Below, in pieces: positions 1 to 10,120 of a DNA stretch of 64,000 bases. Position 1 is the first letter of the stretch. The number at the start of each line of letters is the position of its first letter. The position numbers and the translations under genes were made by a program. Source of the DNA: a virus; IMG/VR virus record IMGVR_UViG_3300050821_002540, positions 9,694 through 73,693 of that record; one strand, 5' to 3'. The notes under the pieces are model-generated. The model was not told the origin of the DNA, did not search any database, and was given only the letters and a program-made list of their open reading frames with translations.

Positions 1-278
1 GAGAGTTCGAGAGCACGCCAGATGTACTGACCAGCCGTGAGATGCTCGCATTCGCCCGTACACTTGACAACAAGGTGTATAGTGCGCAGACAGACCGCCA
101 GATGGCCCTAATTATGAGCAAGGGCATAGGCAGCACAAGTGTGGTCAACCCCGATGGCGTCAATAAAAAGGGGTGGCACTCAGCCGAGATCATAACCAAG
201 GGTGAGGAACTTGAGAAGATCCTCATGCCAGACATTATGGTGTCAGCACCAGACGAGCTGGACGACTTCTTCAGCTAA
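1..278 (+). CDS. C-terminal part of a protein running in from before the window; possibly DUF3631-like replication-associated
   Basis: Frame is open from position 3 to TAA at 278; pattern LTSREML...RQMALIM..GI...G..KKGW loosely resembles DUF3631 C-termini. Confidence 0.35.
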   Translation, partial: EFESTPDVLTSREMLAFARTLDNKVYSAQTDRQMALIMSKGIGSTSVVNPDGVNKKGWHSAEIITKGEELEKILMPDIMVSAPDELDDFFS

Positions 279-344
279 CCGTGCCTACCGTGCCTACCGT
301 TCCCCGGCCGCGCGCCGGGGAGCGGGGGCCAGAAAGGGAGCCTC

Positions 345-548
345 ATGATCCTGATCACATGCCGCATTTGCGGACACGCAGACTATGCAAACACTCCTAT
401 GGAGATCTTTACAGTTGAGCTGGCACACTACATCAATGAACACTGGGATGTGCTTGTTGCTATACATGACTCGATTGGTAACCCAGCTATGTTCAAGGCA
501 ACGAAGGATTACCTCAATATTATAGCAAGGCCCGGAGAGCTTCCCTAG
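345..548 (+). CDS. Small hypothetical protein with CxxC
   Basis: RBS AGGGAG; CRICGH motif. Confidence 0.6.
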   Translation: MILITCRICGHADYANTPMEIFTVELAHYINEHWDVLVAIHDSIGNPAMFKATKDYLNIIARPGELP

Positions 549-625
549 CGGGGCGCAGGCCGGACCCTACCCGTACCCCGTCGGACTAAAAGCAGGCGCT
601 TAGGGAGGCTCTCCGGGCCTTGCTA

Positions 626-655
626 TAGCCTTGCGGGGCCGGTAGCGGGTACGCT
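626..655 (+). promoter_or_regulatory. Phage promoter, -35 TAGCCT / 18 bp / -10 TACGCT
   Basis: Member of the repeated TAGnnn-N17/18-TAnnnT family, upstream of RBS AGGAGGCG and ORF 695. Confidence 0.65.
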
Positions 656-694
656 AGAGGGGTACCCCCGCGCGGGGGCAGAAGGAGGCGGAAA

Positions 695-1411
695 ATGACC
701 AGGCCAACAACAGAAGAGTTCAGAATCGAGGTTCCGGGCAAGTTCAGGAAGGGGACAGCCTACCTTGACCTTGAGACAGTAAAGGTGTCAACTTACAATG
801 CCTCAAGAAATAGGGGCCTGAATAGCGACTTCATCATGCAGAATGGCGAGTCGCTGAAGAACCGCTGGTCCATCGCAATGTACGGCGTTGCCCTGGATGG
901 CGGCATCGTGCTCAGCGACAACGGCCTGAATGAGCCGGCAAACATTCAGGGTCTCGGTAACATACTGACTGGATGGAATGGTGGTGCTGCCTCTGGCGGT
1001 TTCATGTCCGGGCCAATCAATGAGGTGGCGTACGCAGCGACTCGCGAGTTTGACGAGATGGTTGCCAAGGGGCGCTTTACCAATGCCCGCCGTGCTCATG
1101 AGCTAGAGCCATTCTTCCCGGCTGTTCCTGGGGCTGACAAGGTAGCATGGCGTAACCTTGGCGGCAAGATTCCTGATCACATAAGCAGGTACCGCAGCCT
1201 TGATACTCGTAGCGCTATGGTACCGCACCACATTTCAAGAGGCAGTTACGAGCTTGTAACGGTCCACCTGCTCCGTGATGTTGTCCAGCTCATTATGTGG
1301 GATGGAATGCCAGACTGGAAATGCTGGGGATGGTGTGAGCGTGTAATGAATGATTTCGAGTTCGCAGAGAAGCAGGTCTTCGGTGATGAACAGGAGCGAA
1401 ATGGGAATTAG
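695..1411 (+). CDS. Putative RNase H-like (DEDD/RNase_H_2-type) exonuclease
   Basis: N-terminal YLDLET acidic motif, central FD and C-terminal H..RDV..L resembling ExoIII. Confidence 0.45.
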   Translation: MTRPTTEEFRIEVPGKFRKGTAYLDLETVKVSTYNASRNRGLNSDFIMQNGESLKNRWSIAMYGVALDGGIVLSDNGLNEPANIQGLGNILTGWNGGAASGGFMSGPINEVAYAATREFDEMVAKGRFTNARRAHELEPFFPAVPGADKVAWRNLGGKIPDHISRYRSLDTRSAMVPHHISRGSYELVTVHLLRDVVQLIMWDGMPDWKCWGWCERVMNDFEFAEKQVFGDEQERNGN

Positions 1412-1538
1412 GCCAGGAGCAGAAGAGACCAAGGACGGCAAGAAAGGTGAGAACAGCCCAGGTACCAAGCCGAAGGACCTGCCCCAGGTTCCACAGCCAA
1501 AGGGCAAGTTACGGGCGGAAAAATAACTCGGGCAATGC

Positions 1539-1567
1539 TAGCTTTGCGCCCGCGTACGCGGTAGGCT
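1539..1567 (+). promoter_or_regulatory. Phage promoter TAGCTT-N17-TAGGCT
   Basis: Same hexamers and spacing as the sites at 28142 and 28865. Confidence 0.75.
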
Positions 1568-1607
1568 AGGCGTAGGCCGCCTAGCGGCGGCCAGTCAGGA
1601 GGCGAAA

Positions 1608-1850
1608 ATGAGCGACCACACCAGCGTCATAGTGTCGGTACTGCCCGACTGTGACTTCACTCACGAGAAGCCGGTCAAGGCAAAGTACGACGGCAAGACC
1701 AAGATGGGGCCGTGGGCGAACATGTGCCAGTCCCACTTCGACCAGAACGGCATCGGCCTGGGTCTCGGCCGGGGCCAGAAGCTGATCATCAAGGACAAGG
1801 ACAGCGACGATGGCGCCAGGGCTGAGGAACTGGACGGCACTAACCCGTAG
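1608..1850 (+). CDS. Conserved-looking phage hypothetical protein
   Basis: RBS AGGAGGCGA; motif CD...YDGKT..GPWA.MC..HF...G.GLG.GRGQ. Confidence 0.75.
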   Translation: MSDHTSVIVSVLPDCDFTHEKPVKAKYDGKTKMGPWANMCQSHFDQNGIGLGLGRGQKLIIKDKDSDDGARAEELDGTNP

Positions 1851-1920
1851 CTGGTAGCTGCCCGACAGGCTGGGACTCCCCGCCCAGCCTGTCGGGGAAC
1901 GTCCAGTACAAGGAGGAAAG

Positions 1921-2127
1921 ATGCCACCCACCGGAATCTCGATTGCCATGAAGTTCTTCGGCAAGCGCACCATGCCTGACGGCAAGGAGCAGCGACTGTC
2001 CGAGTTCAAGGAGGAATGGGACGGACTGCTGGTGGACCACGTCCCCGGCACGCCGGTCCGGGATGAGCACCGGGTGGTGCAGCACGCGATCATTGCGGGC
2101 ATCGAGGATGGCAGCTTCACCTACTGA
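1921..2127 (+). CDS. Hypothetical protein
   Basis: RBS AAGGAGG; GC3-rich codons. Confidence 0.7.
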   Translation: MPPTGISIAMKFFGKRTMPDGKEQRLSEFKEEWDGLLVDHVPGTPVRDEHRVVQHAIIAGIEDGSFTY

Positions 2128-2203
2128 CCTGGCACGCGTGGTGGCCAGCCTCCTGTGAGGCGAAGGGCGCAGGTAGTGACGCCTGTGCCTGTCACGTTAA
2201 AGC

Positions 2204-2275
2204 AGAGGGTCGTATGAGGCAAGTACGGGTGGGCTGATCCCCCGCCAGGTGTGGGTTCGAATCCCACCCCTCTCA
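2204..2275 (+). tRNA. Atypical or pseudo tRNA, GAT in anticodon position
   Basis: T-arm GTGGG-TTCGAAT-CCCAC; acceptor AGAGGG/CCCTCT; D-stem CGTA/TACG; anticodon stem GTGGG/CCCGC with loop CTGATCC (non-purine at 37). Confidence 0.45.
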
Positions 2276-2289
2276 CGAAAGGAGCAGTC

Positions 2290-2562
2290 ATGAGCAAGCC
2301 ACAGGTAGTAATTGTCCGCAAGGACAAGAAGATCAGGCACAAGGTGCTGCACGCAGCAGCGTTCGCCGTAACCGGCGGGGCAAGCGGCATCGTCACGGCG
2401 GCCGAGGCAGCCAGTCACGCGCAGTACAATGCCAGGACTCGGCAGCTCCAGGAGCAGTCCAGTCCCCGTCCGGCCCAGGTTAGCAAGGCAAAGGCAGTAG
2501 TTGGCCTTGTCTGCCTCAGCATCATTGTGCTGTGCATCATCATCGCAATCGCGGTGGGCTGA
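2290..2562 (+). CDS. Membrane protein
   Basis: RBS AAAGGAG before ATG 2290; hydrophobic C-terminal helix. Confidence 0.6.
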   Translation: MSKPQVVIVRKDKKIRHKVLHAAAFAVTGGASGIVTAAEAASHAQYNARTRQLQEQSSPRPAQVSKAKAVVGLVCLSIIVLCIIIAIAVG

Positions 2563-3077
2563 TGCCTGCGATTCCACTAGTTATCTACCAGCTGGTGGAA
2601 GCTAGAATCGCCTTGAAGTTCGAGATCAAGCACGGTCACGGGCCGACAAGAGCAGTCAACTCCAAGAGCATAATCCCATGGCTGTACAAGTACTACATTA
2701 CCGAGGTGTGTCAGGCACGGTACAGCCAGGAGCACAAGATCAAGGCGTACAATGACCTTAACAAGTATATGACAGATCACGGGATGGATGATAGGCCACT
2801 ATGACCGAGGGCAGGGGAACAGGCTACCAGGAACTGTACTACGAGATCATAGCACTAGTCAATGATGGCGTGCTTGGCAATGAAAGCCCGCCAACTCCAA
2901 ATTACTGGCACTGGCCAATTCGTGAGCCGGAAAGGCTCCCGGAGAAGTTTCAGAAGTGGATACCACTAGGGGAGGTGCGATGGTAGTGTCACTAGCAATA
3001 ATTGGTACTTTTCTCGTCGGCGTTGCTTTTGGCGCATTCATTGCAGTAATAGCAATCATGAATGCGGACAAGCGGCC

Positions 3078-3470
3078 ATGAGCTGGGATGTCACTCTGTA
3101 CCAGGTACACAAGATCACTAACTGTCCACACTGTGGTCTTCCACTTCCGGTTCCGCGCGAGGAAGAGGAAGAGGTAAACTGGTGGAACTACACACATAAC
3201 ACCAGCCCAATGATCTATGAAGCCCTGAAGCAGGAAGGCTTCGAGCTTCCTGAGGGCAAGAACTGGTGGCAACATCTTGACGGTATGAACGGTCATGCTG
3301 GCGTGGCATACCTCAGTATTATCATCGGGCAGCTTGAGCTTAACCCACACCATTACAGACTCATGAACCCAGATAATGGCTGGGGTGACTATGACTCACT
3401 ACTCGCCACTCTCTGTTCAATGCGTGACGAGCCAGTCAATAAAGATTCCAGATGGCATGTGAGTGGGTGA
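3078..3470 (+). CDS. Phage hypothetical protein
   Basis: CPHCG, NYTHN and NPDNGWGDY motifs typical of a phage hypothetical family. Confidence 0.7.
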   Translation: MSWDVTLYQVHKITNCPHCGLPLPVPREEEEEVNWWNYTHNTSPMIYEALKQEGFELPEGKNWWQHLDGMNGHAGVAYLSIIIGQLELNPHHYRLMNPDNGWGDYDSLLATLCSMRDEPVNKDSRWHVSG

Positions 3471-3645
3471 ATAATGTACTGGCAGGTAAGGGCGAGCTTT
3501 GCCAATAGTGGCGGCATCATGACGTTTGGCCTGGAGGCAGACAATCGCATCGGGGCCGAGCTGCTAGCATTCGACAGGATGCCACCTGGCGTCTGTGTGC
3601 TTGACGTGACGGCGATAGATGCGACGAAACTCAGAGTAGCAAAAG

Positions 3646-3675
3646 TAGATAATGGCGACTCTGACCCGGTAGGCT
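3646..3675 (+). promoter_or_regulatory. Phage promoter TAGATA-N18-TAGGCT
   Basis: Family member; followed by RBS AGGAGGCGA. Confidence 0.6.
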
Positions 3676-3714
3676 TAGCGTAGCGTCGCGAACGCGGCGA
3701 AAGCAGGAGGCGAG

Positions 3715-4014
3715 ATGGGATTTATGTACCTTCACCTGAAGTCGGATGACCAGGGGAAGATTCACGCAACGGTACAGCCCGATGGCACGCTACCGTTTGT
3801 CACTCTAGGGTCGGAAAACACCCGTTGGTCTGGGCGGCCGTTCGCTGTCTTCCAGATCGAGAGCTTTCAAGGCCTGACGTCAATCGATACCAGGGACCTG
3901 GAGCTTGAGGTCATCAACAGGCTCGGGGAAGATGGCCTGCGCTCACGGCTGGCCAGCGAGCTTTCAACGAATGACCTGCTCGGGATGCTTCGTGACCGCA
4001 TCCCTCCCGCGTAG
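3715..4014 (+). CDS. Hypothetical protein
   Basis: RBS AGGAGGCGAG. Confidence 0.65.
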   Translation: MGFMYLHLKSDDQGKIHATVQPDGTLPFVTLGSENTRWSGRPFAVFQIESFQGLTSIDTRDLELEVINRLGEDGLRSRLASELSTNDLLGMLRDRIPPA

Positions 4015-4022
4015 GAGGCGAA

Positions 4023-4994
4023 ATGGACATCGACAGCGTACTGCGGAAAGTGCACGGTCTGATCGCAAAGGCTGAGCATCCGAGTACGCCACCCAAAGAG
4101 GCGGCTGAGGCTCAGCGTATGGCTGACGCCCTCATGTACAAGTACAAGGTTAACCGGGTCCAGGCTGACAAGGCGGTCCCTGTTGCCCAGCGGATGAAAG
4201 CGGACAAGGTCGAGATTCCGCTTGTTGAAGACCCATCTCTTGTCGGGTATATGGCAGCACTAGCCAGGTCCGTTGCCAGGCACTGCGACTGTCGTATCCG
4301 CGAGTATTCAACCTTCCGCGCGGACGGCTGGCATTCCAGGATCTACGGGTACCAGTCTGACCTTAGTTATTACCAGATCCTCTATGCCGAGCTTCGCCTG
4401 CAGATGGTAGGGGCACTCCGTCCCAAGTATGATCCGGCGAAGTCCATCGACTTGAATGCCTACCTCATGCACAATGCCGGCATGAACTGGTTCGACATGG
4501 CCCAGATGGAGGGCTGGAGGCAGGTTCCGCCGGAATTTGGCGAGCCAAAGGTCATGTACATCAATGACCACACTGGCCAGCGTCAAAAGTGGTCTGATGC
4601 CGTAGGTAAGTTCAAGGACGGGTACAAGCGCGAGATTGAGCTACGTGGCGAGCCTTGGATGCAGATCCCGCCTGGCGGTATGAACACGTTCAGGGTCAAT
4701 GCTGCCAATGGCTATGTTGTCCGCATAGAACAACGTCTCGCCAGGATTCGTGAGGGCCGGGAGGTAGGCACCACTATTGCCCTTCTCAATGACGCGGTTG
4801 ATGCCCTGTTCAAGGAAGATAATCCTGAGCTATACAAGCCCATCGAGTCATCAGCACCGAAAGGCAGGCGCACTCGCGCCCCAAAGGTCAGGCATATTCC
4901 GTACAGCGCACAGGGCTATGAGTCTGGCGTGCGCCAGGCCAATGCCGCAGCCCTTGACCCATCCCCGTCGCACACCCCCAGGAAGGAGCTGTGA
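4023..4994 (+). CDS. DUF2786-domain protein
   Basis: N-terminal VLRKVHGLIAKAE..ST...EA..A...A..LM.KY signature. Confidence 0.75.
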   Translation: MDIDSVLRKVHGLIAKAEHPSTPPKEAAEAQRMADALMYKYKVNRVQADKAVPVAQRMKADKVEIPLVEDPSLVGYMAALARSVARHCDCRIREYSTFRADGWHSRIYGYQSDLSYYQILYAELRLQMVGALRPKYDPAKSIDLNAYLMHNAGMNWFDMAQMEGWRQVPPEFGEPKVMYINDHTGQRQKWSDAVGKFKDGYKREIELRGEPWMQIPPGGMNTFRVNAANGYVVRIEQRLARIREGREVGTTIALLNDAVDALFKEDNPELYKPIESSAPKGRRTRAPKVRHIPYSAQGYESGVRQANAAALDPSPSHTPRKEL

Positions 4995-5227
4995 TGGACC
5001 CTATCAAGGCAGCTATCGCAGCCAAGATCCAGACGTACCTGACGGATGATGTCAGTTACAAGTTTCCTCACCTTCCCATCGAGAAGATTGAGTTCAGTGC
5101 TGTCGATAGCCTGAACACCCAGGTCCGCGTTGTCACCGTGGGCCAGGGAATCCGCTACTTCACGGTGCAGTTGCGGGAGAACCTCTAGCCATCGTAGTGC
5201 CACAACAACAACCAGAAGGGTCAGCCA

Positions 5228-5877
5228 TGACTGACGACACCTCCACAACCACCATCAACAGCGACGAGGCCGGCAGCGGCCCGCTCGACCTGTCCAGGCC
5301 GGTCAGCCGTGACCGGTACATGAACACCATCACGGGCCTGTACCAGTTCTTCGAGGGCGAGCTCAAGCCAAGGAATTCCTGGTGCAACGAGCGGTTCCGC
5401 TACTTCGAGGAGCTCATTCCAGAGCTGGTCGTTGACCGGAGCAACCGGCACTACACCGCCGAGCTGGACTTCACCAGTGTGCCCGAGGATGCCGACTACG
5501 TGGCCCGGCTGCGTGACACCAGGGGCAAGTTGCTCTGGTACGCCAGCTCCACAATCATCAGCCTATCTCAGACCAACGAGGCACTCCAGGCGGCCGGAAT
5601 GCCTGGGTACAAGGCGGAGAATTCCGGAACCCGCATGTCCCTCGAACTCGACAACATCAGGATCACCGTCGCAGCCAGTACCTCGAACGAGGCAAGGGTG
5701 TGGATTCAGGACCACCTTACCGACTTCCTCACGCGCATGATCGATGGGAAGGGCCCAATGGACACCGACCTGTACGTCCCTGGCTCCATCACCTTCGGCG
5801 ATCCCGAATACATCCACACGGCTAGCCTGCCGTCTGTTGACGTCAAGGACACGATCCGTCCCGGCTTCATCGGCTGA
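5228..5877 (+). CDS. Hypothetical protein
   Basis: Long ORF with strong GC3 bias; start uncertain (ORF track 5197). Confidence 0.6.
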
Positions 5878-5960
5878 CCCCCGGCCCCTGAGCGTCACGT
5901 CTGGCTGGTACTCGCCTCCCGGCCAGGCGTGGCGCTGAAGGACCGACAAGAAAGGAAAAC

Positions 5961-6281
5961 ATGAAGTTCTCACCACGCAACAAGGGCCTTATTGGTGGCC
6001 TACTGGCCGGAGCAGCTCTTACTGCAACGCTCCTAACATCCTGTGGAAATGGAACACCGCAGCTCGATGACCTTCAGAACGTCCCGCCATCCTACCCCAA
6101 CTACGTCGCCAACCTCATCAATGTCAGCGGCTTCCCGAACGTTACGATGCTCTGCTACGACGGCGCAGGCTTCGCGACAACCACACGCGACGCGGCGGGT
6201 GCTGTAACCCTGGTGCCTGAGTGGAGTGCCTTCTGCGAGAAGCAGATCGGGAAGCAGGCAACTCAGGGAGGCCAGCCCTAA
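5961..6281 (+). CDS. Putative lipoprotein
   Basis: Signal peptide ending in lipobox LTSC. Confidence 0.7.
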   Translation: MKFSPRNKGLIGGLLAGAALTATLLTSCGNGTPQLDDLQNVPPSYPNYVANLINVSGFPNVTMLCYDGAGFATTTRDAAGAVTLVPEWSAFCEKQIGKQATQGGQP

Positions 6282-6300
6282 AACTCAGCTTTGCAAACCC

Positions 6301-6329
6301 TAGACTTCAGGCGCTTGCGCCGGTAGACT
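6301..6329 (+). promoter_or_regulatory. Phage promoter TAGACT-N17-TAGACT
   Basis: Family member; downstream hairpin and RBS AGGAGGCGA. Confidence 0.7.
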
Positions 6330-7223
6330 AGGGGTAGCGCCCCGGCCGGGGGAATGATAGACTCCTGAAAAGTGAGGAACCCTGGCCGGGGCCAGTGCTA
6401 GGAGGCGAAATGAAGTGTGGTAGCTGCAGGGACAGCCACAAGACTGTCGATGAGGTAAGAGACTGCTACAAGCAGAAGAACTTCGTGCCGCTCACGACTG
6501 TGCACGATGGCAAGAACGGCCAGTATGAGCTGCTCCAGAAGCTCCTGGCTGAGCGCGACATGGCTCCGCTCCCTCCGTACGATCACGTCGCGAACACAAT
6601 AAGCAAGAGCGACGCGGGTGAGGCAATCGCTCTCCTCATCGACAACGTGCCCAAGTCCGACGGCAAGTGCGATGACGACTGGGAGGGTGAGTTATGTCTG
6701 AGGGCACTCTCAGGGAAAGGTACCTGGCCAGCCAGACAAAATACAACCGCAGCTACAAAGGGGCGGCTCGGTACAAGCGGTATGAGGCAAAGCATCCCGA
6801 GCGTGCTCAGGCATGGAGCGAGCTCATGCAGATCAAGGCGAGGCGGCGGTTATGCTTTATGTCGCATTTGAATGCGTCCTGATCATTATGACGGCGAATG
6901 AGCTTTGTGCGCCCTCATACATGGCCGAGTACACTGCAGCCAAGTTCGGTGTTGCAATGATACTCATCATGATCAGGGAGATGCAATGACAGTCGATGAA
7001 GCCATTGAGGAAATTACTCGTGCATCAGTAATCTGTACCGATGTAGACCTATGGCGTAGTGAGCTTGAAACTATCCTCAAGGCCGTCCGCTCGCGCGCAG
7101 TTCTCGATGCACAGGCAAGCATGGTTGCCGCATTTACCTGTCCGGAACATCACGGCAGGCACGAAATTCCTACCGATCAGGTAGGGAATATCCAAGGACC
7201 CGTTTCACCTTGAAGGGAATGCC

Positions 7224-8069
7224 ATGGAAACCACTCAGACAGTCCTGCTCAGCCATCTCCACCCGAACCCAGCCAACCCCCGCGTGGAAGCTGGGGATGT
7301 AACTGATCTTGCCCTTTCAATCAGGGAACAGGGCATAGTACATGACATCCTTGTCCGTCCCTCTCCTGAATTTGGAGTGGGCCACTTCGTAATTGAGGAT
7401 GGATTCCGGCGCTGGGTGGCGGCCGAGGGTAACGCGAGGATGGGGCTAGGTCCTGAGACAGTTCAGGTACGCATCCGGTCGCTGAAGCCAGGCGAGAATT
7501 ATGCCGTGCGCGAGGTTGTTACATCACTCGTAACAACAATCCATCGTACTGACCTCAGGGCAATGGAGAAGGCACACGCATTCGAGGCCCTGATGAGGGA
7601 GACCGGCAAGAACCAGTCGGAAGTTGCCAGGATGATTGGCGTGAATTCCAGTACGGTAGGTCGGTACCTTTCACTTCTGGAGCTAGCGCCACAGGCACAG
7701 AAACGAGTGTCCGATGGAACACTCAGCGTAGAGGACGCAATAGATGCGGTTATTAAGCATCGAGCAAAGGCAAGGAAGGACAAGGGACAGGCTGCAGTTG
7801 ACCCTGGCTGGGAGCCACTCTACCTCGCGAAGACGCACCCTCTTGCAAAGAAGGCTCGAACAATGTGCGATGCCAGGGAGCATAATAATCGCCGTCGCCT
7901 AGATGGCGTAGCCTGCGGGCAGTGCTTCGAGACTGTTATACGTCAGGACCAGAGCACAGTAGACAGGATGGAGTACAATGAGGCTTTCAAGAATGCCGGA
8001 CTCAGCGTCCCATTCACCGCTCCAATCTTCCTGACCGGCGAGGATGCCAGCAAGAATGGACAGCCATGA
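7224..8069 (+). CDS. parB: ParB/RepB/Spo0J-family protein
   Basis: PNPANPR, LALSIREQGIVHDILVRP, DGFRRW (GxRR), then HTH QSEVARMIGVNSSTVGRYL. Confidence 0.9.
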   Translation: METTQTVLLSHLHPNPANPRVEAGDVTDLALSIREQGIVHDILVRPSPEFGVGHFVIEDGFRRWVAAEGNARMGLGPETVQVRIRSLKPGENYAVREVVTSLVTTIHRTDLRAMEKAHAFEALMRETGKNQSEVARMIGVNSSTVGRYLSLLELAPQAQKRVSDGTLSVEDAIDAVIKHRAKARKDKGQAAVDPGWEPLYLAKTHPLAKKARTMCDAREHNNRRRLDGVACGQCFETVIRQDQSTVDRMEYNEAFKNAGLSVPFTAPIFLTGEDASKNGQP

Positions 8070-8196
8070 GGCCGCACAGGTTTAATCCTGACCAGCGCGT
8101 CTCGACTGGTGAGATTTGCGTGTGCGGAGGGTCAAGAAACTACCGGGCACATCAGCCTTGGTGGTGGCTCATTCTGAACAGGAAGAAGTGGTGGAG

Positions 8197-9003
8197 ATGA
8201 AGGACAACGTATACATCGTGACGCGGGACCGGCTCGACAACCTGGAGAAGATCATACCACGCTGGCTGGAACAGTACTTCTATGTCACACTGGTAATCGA
8301 ACATTCCGAGTACATGAAGCACGATGCCCTCATCCGTGGCATGGGCGTTTATGATGATATTGCAATAATCAGCCCAAAGGCGGAAAATAAGGGCATCGGT
8401 CATGCCCGGAAGTATGCAGTTACAAATGCCTGCCTTCGCGGGCTGCGGTCATTTATTATGTCTGATGATGATCTCCGTCCGCACAAGGACTCGGTGATGG
8501 CCGACCTGGTAAAAGAAGCTGAAAAGCCAAATGTCCTTGGCATCGGGGCGACAAGGCCGCTACATGACAGGTTCTCGCACAACATGACGAGGGACCGGGA
8601 TGATGTCATTATATGTCCTGGTGGCTGGGGCATGCAGGTCTTTGCGCTGAACGTCAGGAACACAGTCGATGTCGGCAACTTCAACCCTCGCCTTGACTGC
8701 TGGGGCGAGGATCACGAGCTGATGCGTGACGGGATTGTTTGTGGCTTCCCCTGGCTCGTACACTGTGGAGTGAAGTGTGAGCCTATCGGGGTGCGCTATG
8801 ATCCTGGTGGCCTACACTCGTACATCGGCAAGGGTAACAGGTCAGAGCGCGAGTTGGAGTGTCGTAAGCTCATCTATGAGCGCTGGGGGAATTACGTAAG
8901 CAAGCCTGACAAGAGGCCGCGTACAGCATGGGCCAGAATGATGGATGAATACATTCCTAACTGGCGTAGCAAGTCAGCAATCCACGGCGGTGAATGGCAG
9001 TAG
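8197..9003 (+). CDS. TET-associated-type (TAGT/GREB1-like) GT-A glycosyltransferase
   Basis: VYIVTRDR; GIGHARKY; FIMSDDD; GEDHEL; adjacent to ParB. Confidence 0.65.
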   Translation: MKDNVYIVTRDRLDNLEKIIPRWLEQYFYVTLVIEHSEYMKHDALIRGMGVYDDIAIISPKAENKGIGHARKYAVTNACLRGLRSFIMSDDDLRPHKDSVMADLVKEAEKPNVLGIGATRPLHDRFSHNMTRDRDDVIICPGGWGMQVFALNVRNTVDVGNFNPRLDCWGEDHELMRDGIVCGFPWLVHCGVKCEPIGVRYDPGGLHSYIGKGNRSERELECRKLIYERWGNYVSKPDKRPRTAWARMMDEYIPNWRSKSAIHGGEWQ

Positions 9004-9029
9004 ACTCCAGCGATCCTGTAAGGTATACT
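9001..9029 (+). promoter_or_regulatory. Phage promoter TAGACT-N17-TATACT
   Basis: Family member; RBS AGGAGGCGA downstream. Confidence 0.75.
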
Positions 9030-9068
9030 AGTTCTAGGGCCGTCCCCGGCCGCAGTAGGAGGCGAGAA

Positions 9069-9284
9069 ATGCCACAGTTCATTGTTACGGTTAAGCTCCA
9101 TCGACTTCCTGAACACGATCCAAGGAGCAAGAAGACGGGGCCGTGCCCGGTAAGCGGCGGCAACTGCACTGACGTTACCGGGGAGCACCACAGCTACCTG
9201 CAGGAAGCCGTCACGTCTGATGATGCCGCAAGAATTGCTCGGGAGCAATGGACTCACGTCACCCGAGTCGAGCAGGTGTCATGA
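9069..9284 (+). CDS. Hypothetical protein
   Basis: RBS AGGAGGCGAG before ATG 9069. Confidence 0.65.
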   Translation: MPQFIVTVKLHRLPEHDPRSKKTGPCPVSGGNCTDVTGEHHSYLQEAVTSDDAARIAREQWTHVTRVEQVS

Positions 9285-10120
9285 TGCCAACGTACGAATA
9301 TCATTACAATACGTACGAGGAAGCAATGAAGGCTGTCGATGTGGCGGTAGAGGAAACGCTCAGTGACAATCCACACCTAAAGGCACAGGAAGACGATATC
9401 TTCCATGATGTAGTACAGGCCATAATGCCTGACTGCACTCCAGAGGTGGAGGCCGAGATATCAAGGGTGACAGGAGTTCCCCGGCTGTGAAGATTGAAGT
9501 GTGGGTTAGTCCTGAAGGCGTACACCACCAGTATCAGGTCGGGTATCCGTGCTTCACGTGCGGTAATTCACATAGTGACCCGTCTGTTGAATTCATAGAC
9601 CAGGTAGCCGAGGCCATCCTATCCGAGACAGAGGGGGATCTGGACAAGGCAATAATTATAGCCGACATGGTCAAGTATGCGCTCCAGCGTAGGAGCATAC
9701 AGCAGCACGTATGGCCATCTATACCTATACCACTGACACACGAATACAGAATAGATTGGTGAAGGGGCCGTAATGAGGAATGGTGCCAGGGGATGGAAGG
9801 TCGATGAGACCATCACTGAGATCCCTGAAGAGGATAAGGGCAATGTTATCAGCCGGGATGACCCGGAGCCATCACGCAAGGATGACCCCACCTACTACAC
9901 AGGCCCGGCAGGCGGTGACTGATGTGACACTCAAGGAAACAAAGCTAGAGATTGAGAATACAATAAGGGTGAGGATTAAGGACAGGATGCCAGTTGCAGA
10001 CCTTGTTCTGCCACCCAACCCCATCAGCATCATAGTGGTAGGCAAGAGCGCCGACAACCTCCAGGCCCGCATAGTCTACCGGGACTGTGCCCCCTACTAC
10101 ATCAATGTGAGCAAGATACG

